Source of the DNA: an uncultured bacterium | GTDB taxonomy: Bacteria > Actinomycetota > Actinomycetes > S36-B12 > UBA5976 | NCBI GenBank assembly: GCA_963978265.1 | Contig: CAXBQV010000001.1 | Span: 1-62,886 of the forward strand | Direction of reading: 5' to 3' | Length of the DNA stretch: 62,886 bases | Shown: in pieces, positions 53,585 through 62,886 of the stretch | Position numbering within the stretch: position 1 is the stretch's first letter | Layout: each line of letters begins with the position of its first letter | Notes under the pieces: generated by a model | What the model was told of the DNA's origin: nothing | Database searches by the model: none | Seen by the model: only the letters and a program-made list of their open reading frames with translations | Translations under genes and position numbers: made by a program

Positions 53585-53687
53585 TCAGCCCGCGTTCGCC
53601 GCGAGCGGTAGTCGATGCACGACGAACGGAATTCTAGTGGAGTTGGCAGCGGCAGCGCCTCGGGCCTGAAGACCCTCGCGTGAGGCG

Positions 53688-53933
53688 CTAGATCGCGCCG
53701 ACTTCCTTCAACTTGGCTTCGAGCGCCGGGTTCGACGGTTCGGTGAGATGGGTGCCGTCCTCGAACACGATGACCGGGATGGACTTCATGCCACCATTGA
53801 ACGCGATGACCTTCTCGATCGCACCGGGAGTGTTCTCGGTGTCGATGTAGTCGTAGGAGACGCCGAGTTCATCGAGTTGCTTCTTGCTCCGACGGCAATC
53901 GCCGCACCATTCAGCGCCATAGAACGTGATCAT
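53688..53933 (-). CDS. Glutaredoxin-like thioredoxin-fold protein (actinobacterial mycoredoxin-type, CGDC active site)
   Basis: 81 aa, MITFYGAEWCGDCRRSK...SIPVIVFEDGTHLTEPSNPALEAKL. The upstream part of the track ORF is a shadow. Confidence 0.75.
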   Translation of the reverse strand: MITFYGAEWCGDCRRSKKQLDELGVSYDYIDTENTPGAIEKVIAFNGGMKSIPVIVFEDGTHLTEPSNPALEAKLKEVGAI

Positions 53934-53993
53934 GTCGACTCCTTGTTGTTGGCTGAACCCTAGAACGTCAGGACCCACTGGCAGAATTCCCCC

Positions 53994-57207
<3,214 letters not shown>

Positions 57208-57216
57208 GGGGTCACC

Positions 57217-57885
57217 ATGAAGCGCGCAATCCTCGTCAGCACGAGCACGGTGGTCGGTGTGACGGCAGTGCTGAGTTACAAACCGAACTCGGACACGGCG
57301 AAGACGCTGCTCGACATCACCGGTGCGAACACCACGGCAGCAACCACCGCAACTGCGGTCAACGCTGCCGCGACTGAAACCACTGCGCCGCAACCCGCAG
57401 AGCCGGCCACACCATCAACGACACCAAGCGCAACGACGACACCGAAAGCCACCGCGACACCGAAAGCCACCGCGACTCCGAAGCAGACAACGACGCCCAA
57501 GCCGTCGCCGAGTTCGTCAACGAGCACGAAACCCCAGGCCTCTGCAACCGCGACACCCACTCCGAGCGCCACTGCCACACCCACTCCAACCGCAACCGGC
57601 GGAGCCAACAAGACCATCACCGGTGCACCTGCGAATGCGATCAGTCACGGTCACGACTATGGAACCGTCACCGTCACCGTCACCCTCGTCGATGGGAAAA
57701 TGGCGAAGATCACCGCAACGCAGAACCCGGAAGGTCGCAACTACCCGTACATCCAAGCCGTGCGCCAGTACCTGATCCCCGCCGTCCTCAAGGCACAACA
57801 GGTAAACGTCGGATACGTGCAGGGCGCGACTGGTTCGTCGGAAGCCTTCATCCAGTCACTGCAATCGGCGCTGGACAAGGCCTGA
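57217..57885 (+). CDS. Membrane-anchored FMN-binding (FMN_bind) domain protein with T/P/A-rich linker
   Basis: N-terminal anchor MKRAILVSTSTVVGVTAVL, a ~110-aa low-complexity linker, and a C-terminal FMN_bind domain (YGTVTVTVTLVDGKMAKITA...VQGATGSSEAF, with a GAT flavinylation-type motif). Confidence 0.75.
   Translation: MKRAILVSTSTVVGVTAVLSYKPNSDTAKTLLDITGANTTAATTATAVNAAATETTAPQPAEPATPSTTPSATTTPKATATPKATATPKQTTTPKPSPSSSTSTKPQASATATPTPSATATPTPTATGGANKTITGAPANAISHGHDYGTVTVTVTLVDGKMAKITATQNPEGRNYPYIQAVRQYLIPAVLKAQQVNVGYVQGATGSSEAFIQSLQSALDKA
57438..57485 (+). repeat. 18-nt tandem repeat (2 perfect units + partial third) encoding TPKATA repeats
   Basis: gacaccgaaagccaccgc at 57438-57455 and 57456-57473, then gactccgaagca. 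A second imperfect repeat (ATATPTPS/ATATPTPT) lies at ~57545-57597. Confidence 0.7.
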
Positions 57886-57886
57886 G

Positions 57887-58654
57887 GTGTACATCCACAA
57901 CGAGCACGTTTGGTCGACGGTCGTCTCCCTTCATATCGACGCCCCGGCCCTCAATGGCCAACAACTCGACGCCGCGCGCAACGACGTCGTGCAGTTCGTG
58001 CACTACGTCGACGATGTCTTCAGCACGTTCAAACCCACTTCACTGGTCTCGCAGTACCGTCGTGGCGAGATCACCGATGCAGAACTCGAAGTGCGCGAAG
58101 ATGCCGCAGCACGAGACCTTGTCGATGTCATCGCACTGTGCCGAAAGGCGCTCATCACGTCGCGTGGTGCGTTCGATCCATGGAAAGCCGACGGTGGTTT
58201 CGACCCCTCGGGCCTCGTGAAGGGTTGGGCTGCGCAACGTGCCTGCGGGCTGTTGAAGCAACACGGCATCACACGCGCATACGTGAACGCCGGCGGAGAC
58301 GTCTACTCGTTCACCGACGGCGAGCCCTGGGTCGGCGGGGTGCAGGATCCGGACGATCGGATGCAGGTCGTGAAGGTCTCGAGCATCGCCGGTGAGGGAG
58401 CGTCGTGCACGTCGGGCACGTACGAGCGCGGCGAGCATCTCATCGATCCGCACGTCGGCGGTCACGCCACAGGCGCACGTTCCGCATCCGTCATCGGTCC
58501 CGATGGTGCGCTCGCAGATGCGTATGCGACGGCGATCTGCGTCGATGGCGAGAAGGCCATCGAGTGGTTCCACGAACTCGGTCCCGAGTGGTCGCTGTTC
58601 CTCATCCCGCACGGCGAACGCGTCGGTTACAGCTACGGAACTGCCTGGGTGTAG
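57887..58654 (+). CDS. apbE: FAD:protein FMN transferase (ApbE family), short form without signal peptide
   Basis: GTG one nt after the FMN_bind gene stop. ApbE blocks FDPWKADGGFDPSGLVKGWA, VNAGGDV, TSGTYERG, ADAYATA. Confidence 0.8.
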   Translation: MYIHNEHVWSTVVSLHIDAPALNGQQLDAARNDVVQFVHYVDDVFSTFKPTSLVSQYRRGEITDAELEVREDAAARDLVDVIALCRKALITSRGAFDPWKADGGFDPSGLVKGWAAQRACGLLKQHGITRAYVNAGGDVYSFTDGEPWVGGVQDPDDRMQVVKVSSIAGEGASCTSGTYERGEHLIDPHVGGHATGARSASVIGPDGALADAYATAICVDGEKAIEWFHELGPEWSLFLIPHGERVGYSYGTAWV

Positions 58655-59130
58655 AGCACCTTCGGGAATGCCCAGTGCATTCCGAACAGTGCCAACATCA
58701 GCACCGCGCACACGAGCAGTCGTCCGATCGCCGTCGAAAGCCACAGCAGTGGCCAACCCGCATTTCGCACCACACCCTGCACTTTCCCGACGACGTCCTT
58801 CGCCGTGATCGTCCACGGATCACGGCTCGGATTCGCGTCGCCGCGGGTTTCGTAGGTACCCGGCTGCCTGCCGTAGCCGTCGATCCGGTGTGTGACGAGT
58901 TGATCGAATTTTCGGAACGTGACGGCGTCGCCGACTGCGAGATCTCCATGCGCTGTCGTGACCACCAGATCGCCACGCTGCATCAGTGGCGCCATCGAAT
59001 CAGAGACAACCGCAAACGATGCGGCGTTGCCCGCGTGCAGTACCGCGAATGCAAGGAGCAGTGAGACGCTCGCACTCCCGATAGCCGTGGCGATCGCCGC
59101 GACCAGGATCTGGAACAGCTGCTTCATCAT
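58633..59130 (-). CDS. sipW: Signal peptidase I, SipW (archaeal/ER) type
   Basis: Start MMKQLF... (SD GGAGAG). Catalytic SDSMAP Ser box and THRI His box; N- and C-terminal TM segments. The 3' end overlaps apbE by 22 nt (convergent). Confidence 0.8.
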   Translation of the reverse strand: MMKQLFQILVAAIATAIGSASVSLLLAFAVLHAGNAASFAVVSDSMAPLMQRGDLVVTTAHGDLAVGDAVTFRKFDQLVTHRIDGYGRQPGTYETRGDANPSRDPWTITAKDVVGKVQGVVRNAGWPLLWLSTAIGRLLVCAVLMLALFGMHWAFPKVLYTQAVP

Positions 59131-59184
59131 CTCTCCACGGAATGAGGTGGGAGCGGGACCGTCCCGCTCCCACCTCCGGCTCAA

Positions 59185-59520
59185 CTACTGACCGGCGATC
59201 GACGAGGCGTCGGCCGTGAGATCGAAGTTGAGGGTCGCACCCATGTACGGGTTGTCATCCACCAACGCTTCATCCGGCCACGTCACCTTCAGCGTGTAGA
59301 TGGTCGAGGCGTTCGCCGGGAGATTCGCGAGGGTGAAATCCAGATCGGCGATCTTGCCCGCGAACAGCACCGTGTTCTCGGAGTCGCTGAAGTACAACGG
59401 CGTCTCCCGGGGCTTCGACGTGCCCTGGGCGCAGGCCACGCCGGCGGTCGCCGTGTTGAACTGGCCTTTCACCGCGATCGTGACCTTGTTGCCATCCAGT
59501 TTCGGGGCGAGCGTTTTTTC
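59185..59520 (-). pseudogene. 3' fragment of a TasA/camelysin-like SipW-dependent secreted protein gene (5' half missing)
   Basis: C-terminal ~110 aa ...KLDGNKVTIAVKGQFNTATAGVACAQ...YTLKVTWPDEALVDDNPYMGATLNFDLTADASSIAGQ, 54 nt upstream of sipW. There is no signal peptide because the ORF is fused to unrelated sequence at ~59.52 kb. The boundary is approximate. Confidence 0.5.
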
Positions 59521-59724
59521 AACGTAAGTGAGCAAACGTTCCGCGTATTTCGCCGCCGCTTCTTCGCCGTAAGTGGCGACAAGCTCGGCAAAAGCCGCGA
59601 ACAGGCAGGTTTGCGCCATGCAATCTGGGTCCACGCCGTCGAGCTTTGCTTCCGCCCAGGCCTCGTTGAGGTAACTGAGCGCCGCCATTTTCTGGTCGCG
59701 CTCGGAAACCGGCTCGTTGTTCAT
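59521..59724 (-). pseudogene. 5' fragment of an alphaproteobacterial-type hypothetical gene (3' part missing)
   Basis: MNNEPVSERDQKMAALSYLNEAWAEAKLDGVDPDCMAQTCLFAAFAELVATYGEEAAAKYAERL is helical with no signal peptide. It runs in frame into the TasA-like fragment. The boundary is approximate. Confidence 0.4.
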
Positions 59725-59853
59725 CAATCCGGGTGTCACAGGATTAAGCTCGAAAATTAGGCGGACGCGCGCCCCCGCTGCCGATCGGTGTAACGTTAGC
59801 ATGGCATCTCGTCACGCCTAGGGCAGACCGTTAGGGAAGGTTAATCGCGCCGG

Positions 59854-60237
59854 CTAGTTCGAATAGCGGGCGGTGATCTCCCGGGAAATCTTTGCGCCTT
59901 CATCGAGATAACGGCGGATGACCAGATCGGCTGCGGGTGTGCAGGTGCGATAGGTCTGCTGGAACCCGCGGTAGCCGCGGTTGTAGCTGGCGATCAGCTT
60001 GTTGCGGCGATCGCCGGGCGGGGCCTCGGCATCGATCAGGGCCTGCATCTCGTTGCGCCATTTCTGGCCGTCGTTGGCATTGCAGACTCCACGCAGATAA
60101 TGGAGCGCCCCCAGGATTTCGGCCAGCCGCTGCAGGTCGCCGTCGTAAGGCGCCGACCCGACCTGCGCATGCGCCATTGGCGCCGCCATCATGAGCGCCG
60201 CGATTGCAAAGGTGGTGTCCACGAAACGCCGGAACAT
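59854..60237 (-). CDS. TIGR02301-family periplasmic protein
   Basis: Signal peptide MFRRFVDTTFAIAALMMAAPMAHAQ (alternative ATG at 60273). LAEILGALHYLRGVCN...SYNRGYRGFQQTYRTCTPAA matches my recollection of the TIGR02301 family seen in Rhizobiales. Confidence 0.7.
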   Translation of the reverse strand: MFRRFVDTTFAIAALMMAAPMAHAQVGSAPYDGDLQRLAEILGALHYLRGVCNANDGQKWRNEMQALIDAEAPPGDRRNKLIASYNRGYRGFQQTYRTCTPAADLVIRRYLDEGAKISREITARYSN

Positions 60238-60301
60238 CGCGGCAGATATGCCTGCCGGCAAAGCAGGGCGCAAGCCGCGGAAAAGGCTGTGGTTGACGGG
60301 C

Positions 60302-60748
60302 TTAGCCGGCGGTTTTGAGGAGGGCGAAGGCCGCCGCCACGATCGGGGCGAGCCCCTCCGTGGTCTTATAGTCGGCGAGCTCCGCGAACTCGACCCAGCG
60401 GGCGTCGGCCAGTTCCTCGTTGAGTTGCGGTTCGCCCGCGATCCAGCGCGAGGCGAAGCACATGATGACGAAATGGCGCTCGGCGCGGCCCGCGGCGTCG
60501 CGGACCATCACCTCGCGATGACCGGCAAGCGCCACCGGCTCGATTCTCATGCGGGTCTCTTCGTCGATCTCGCGGATCAGCGCATCGCTCAGCGTCTCGC
60601 CGGCCTCGACCACGCCGCCTGGCATGGTCCAGACGCCGTTCGCGGGCCCCCGCGCTCGCTGGGTCAGGAGTACGCGCCCGTCACGGATGATGGCGGCACT
60701 CACCGCCAAAATCGGGCGGTCAGGATAGGCGCGGGGATCGGTGGTCAC
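60302..60748 (-). CDS. NUDIX hydrolase
   Basis: Nudix box GGVVEAGETLSDALIREIDEETRM (Gx5Ex7REUxEExGU). Confidence 0.85.
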   Translation of the reverse strand: MTTDPRAYPDRPILAVSAAIIRDGRVLLTQRARGPANGVWTMPGGVVEAGETLSDALIREIDEETRMRIEPVALAGHREVMVRDAAGRAERHFVIMCFASRWIAGEPQLNEELADARWVEFAELADYKTTEGLAPIVAAAFALLKTAG

Positions 60749-61260
60749 TGGCTGAAGATCTCATCAATGGCGGACTGCGTGTCCGCGCCGATCGGCGCGG
60801 TCGCGGTACCATTGATGACTGCTGCCATCCTCGCGATCAAGGGCTTCAGCCAGTCCGCCGCGCGAAGCGCCAACACGGCGGCGGTATCCGGCGTCGCCAT
60901 GTTCCGGAGAACCACGTCGCGGGTCTTAGACAGCACGGCATTCAGCGTCTGGGCCACACTGTCGAGCGCCTCGCGCGCCACGCAATCTGCGTTGTCGTAC
61001 GCAGCGATGATGGCGTCGCGATGCGACAGGTTCGATTGTGTGTAGTGTTCCCGATAGGTCTTCGGACGCCAGGCTTCGAGGTCCGGGATGCACTCCGGCA
61101 TCATGGTGATCATCTCGAGCACCATGATCGCTTCATTGAAGTGGTTGAGGTAATCGGTGGTCAGGCCGGTCGCGGAATTAATGTTGGGGATCGTTGCACA
61201 TGCGACATCAACGGATGCCTCCGGCGCGGCACTATCGGGCGCTCGGACGGCAGCGGACAT
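60745..61260 (-). CDS. Conserved hypothetical protein
   Basis: 171 aa, helical, protein-like composition (DYLNHFNEAIMVLEMI...). 4-nt overlap with the NUDIX gene. No family recognised. Confidence 0.6.
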   Translation of the reverse strand: MSAAVRAPDSAAPEASVDVACATIPNINSATGLTTDYLNHFNEAIMVLEMITMMPECIPDLEAWRPKTYREHYTQSNLSHRDAIIAAYDNADCVAREALDSVAQTLNAVLSKTRDVVLRNMATPDTAAVLALRAADWLKPLIARMAAVINGTATAPIGADTQSAIDEIFSQ

Positions 61261-61363
61261 TCGTGGAGATCCCCGGGGCTGGAACCCGCAGTCTTGCCCG
61301 GGACGGTTAACGGGCCCCTAATCGGGCGTCGGGCAAAGCGCGCCGCAACCTGGGATGTGGACG

Positions 61364-62164
61364 ATGTGCGGACGCTACCTGATCACCAGCACTCCGGATG
61401 CCATACGGCAGTTGTTCCGCTACCCAGAGCAGCCGAACTTCCCGCCGCGCTACAACGTCGCCCCGACCCAGCCCGTGCCGATCGTCCGGATGGCCGATCG
61501 CGGGCGGCAGTTCGTGCTGGTGCGCTGGGGACTGATTCCGTCCTGGGTGAAGGACCCCAAGACCTTCACGCTTCTCATCAACGCGCGCGGTGAGTCCGTC
61601 AACGAGAAGCCGGCATTCAAGAATGCCATGAAGCGACGTCGCTGCCTGTTTCCCGCCGACGGCTTCTACGAATGGAAGTCCGAAGGCGGACGCAAACGTC
61701 CGTTCGTCGCTCGCCCGAAGCAATGGGAGCCGATGGCGTTTGCCGGCTTGTGGGAAACCTGGACCGGACCGAACGGCGAGGAAGTGGAAACCGCCGCGCT
61801 TATCACCACGGATGCCAACAAGGAGATGGCCGCTGTCCATCACCGCGCGCCGGTGATTGTGCCGCCCGAGCAATTCGATTTCTGGCTCGACTGCGTGAAC
61901 GTCAACGAGAAAGAGGCAGCGACGCTCCTCAAGGCCGCGCCAGACGGCACGATGGACGTGTATGAGATATCGACCGCGGTCAATCGTGTCGCCAACGACT
62001 CCCCCGAACTGCTGGTGCCTTACACTGCGCCCGCCGAGTCTGAGCACCGGAGCGCACAGCACGACACCGCCAGTGACGAACGTTTGGGTCGCGTCCAGTC
62101 TGCCGCCCGGCCTGCGCGCAAACGGCAACCGATGGCCGACAGTGGGCAGGGCTCGTTGTTCTGA
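61364..62164 (+). CDS. SOS response-associated peptidase (SRAP/YedK family, abasic-site DNA-protein crosslinking)
   Basis: Start set at MCGRY (the catalytic Cys2 must follow the initiator Met). NVAPTQ, RWGLIPSW, ADGFYEW, and H in HHRAPVIV. Confidence 0.85.
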   Translation: MCGRYLITSTPDAIRQLFRYPEQPNFPPRYNVAPTQPVPIVRMADRGRQFVLVRWGLIPSWVKDPKTFTLLINARGESVNEKPAFKNAMKRRRCLFPADGFYEWKSEGGRKRPFVARPKQWEPMAFAGLWETWTGPNGEEVETAALITTDANKEMAAVHHRAPVIVPPEQFDFWLDCVNVNEKEAATLLKAAPDGTMDVYEISTAVNRVANDSPELLVPYTAPAESEHRSAQHDTASDERLGRVQSAARPARKRQPMADSGQGSLF

Positions 62165-62251
62165 CCGCAGAACCATTTGATCTGGATCAATTCTGCACCC
62201 CACCGGGTTAGTAGCCTCCGCAACCAACAAGGTTTTCTGGGGAGCGCTGCA

Positions 62252-62886
62252 ATGTCGGTCGTGAACGTCAAGGATTTGGCCTACGTCCGGCTGCAATCGC
62301 CGGATCTCGATCAGGCCGAAGAGTTTCTCAAGAATTTGGGATTGGCGCGTTCGGAGCGAACAGCAGACCGCCTCTATATGCGCGGGACCGATCCGAGCCA
62401 TCACCTTCATGTCACTCACCTCGGTCCGCCCAAGTATCTCGGTCTCGGTTTCTGGGTGGACGATGAGGACGACCTGAAAGCACTCGCACAGGTTTCCGGA
62501 GCCTCGGCCGTCGAGAATATCGAAGAGCCGGGTGGCGGCCGCCGCGTTCGCTTCACCGATCCGCACGGCTACCAGATCGAGGCGGTCCACGGCATCGCCG
62601 AACTGCCGAAGCTGCCGGTCCGCCGCAACGTGCTGAATTGGGGCGATGAGAAGGAGCGCCGGGCGGGCGAATTGATGCGCCTCGATGCCGGTCCGTCGCA
62701 GGTCAAGCGCATCGCGCATGCGCTGCTGATGACGCCGAAGCTGCGCGAAACGATCCAGTGGTACCAGAACCTGTTCGGCTTCGTGCCCTCGGACGAGATC
62801 TACGCCGGCAGCAAGGATCACGTGATCGCGACCTTCAACCGCTGCAACCGCGGCGAGGACTACGTCGATCATCACACCTTCGTCTG
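62252..62886 (+). CDS. VOC-family / extradiol (catechol 2,3-)dioxygenase-like protein, 3'-partial at window end
   Basis: ATG at 62252 (not in the ORF track because no stop is reached). MSVVNVKDLAYVRLQSPDLDQAEEFLKNLGL...HHLHV...FTDPHGYQIE...RIAHALLMTP, two glyoxalase/bleomycin-type modules. Confidence 0.75.
   Translation, partial: MSVVNVKDLAYVRLQSPDLDQAEEFLKNLGLARSERTADRLYMRGTDPSHHLHVTHLGPPKYLGLGFWVDDEDDLKALAQVSGASAVENIEEPGGGRRVRFTDPHGYQIEAVHGIAELPKLPVRRNVLNWGDEKERRAGELMRLDAGPSQVKRIAHALLMTPKLRETIQWYQNLFGFVPSDEIYAGSKDHVIATFNRCNRGEDYVDHHTFV

Noticed and set aside
61307-62875. 522-aa minus-strand ORF spanning the SRAP and VOC-dioxygenase genes.
   Set aside because: It is antisense to two plus-strand genes with clear family signatures (MCGRY... 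SRAP; a glyoxalase-type dioxygenase starting at 62252). The composition is shadow-like. The true plus-strand dioxygenase ORF is absent from the track only because it has no stop within the window.
59500-62886. Interpreting the Bradyrhizobium-like 3.4 kb as a horizontally acquired genomic island.
   Set aside because: Both genes at the junction are truncated and fused. There are no mobility genes, tRNA target or flanking repeats, and the cargo is ordinary alphaproteobacterial housekeeping-type DNA. An assembly, concatenation or contamination artefact is far more likely. It is kept as a finding because it needs read-level verification.

Overview
This is a 62.9-kb high-GC window, almost fully coding, with most genes on the minus strand and many 1-4 nt start/stop overlaps. 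Nucleotides ~80 to ~59,500 read as a housekeeping chromosomal segment of an actinobacterium with Micrococcales/Mycobacterium-like synteny. In order it carries: the dnaK-grpE-dnaJ-hspR-clpB operon with a HAIR operator, tRNA-Phe, bldC and DUF3073; a consolidated purine set (purM, F, L, Q, S, C, B, D, A, H, N plus folD) interleaved with a PotABCD-like ABC importer, an SCP-like gene, galE, a class-III aminotransferase, fba, an MFS transporter, DedA and a DUF606 transporter; a PerM-like gene and sucCD; and an ACT-malic enzyme. It continues with a lytic-transglycosylase/M23 pair behind a 244-nt structured leader, PhoH2, an mmpL-HAD-lysE-uppS operon, and a LysE gene divergent from a CoA-disulfide-reductase/rhodanese fusion across a perfect 18-bp palindrome. 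After that come the DUF4031, DUF3817, SURF1, DUF4307 and greA genes, BI-1, eno-ftsB-DUF501-ppx plus a triple-PAS gene, and a mycoredoxin-like protein. The segment ends with EamA, a 2-Cys CsoR-family regulator, ppa, a ferric-reductase/FMN-bind/ApbE module, and SipW plus a TasA-like fragment. At ~59.5 kb the sequence switches, through an in-frame fused ORF, to Bradyrhizobium-like alphaproteobacterial genes (TIGR02301, NUDIX, SRAP, VOC dioxygenase). At the left edge ClpB homology stops abruptly at nt ~80. Both edges look like assembly or concatenation junctions rather than biology. I saw no rRNA, CRISPR, IS/transposase, integrase, prophage or recognisable defence system, and I cannot point to a clear-cut new system. 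The best candidates are a putative thiol/persulfide-type CsoR-family circuit (palindromic operators, CoADR-rhodanese, LysE), the ApbE flavinylation module, and the mmpL-HAD-lysE-uppS operon. CDS coordinates include the stop codon. Many starts were re-assigned from the longest-ORF track by homology and coupling logic.
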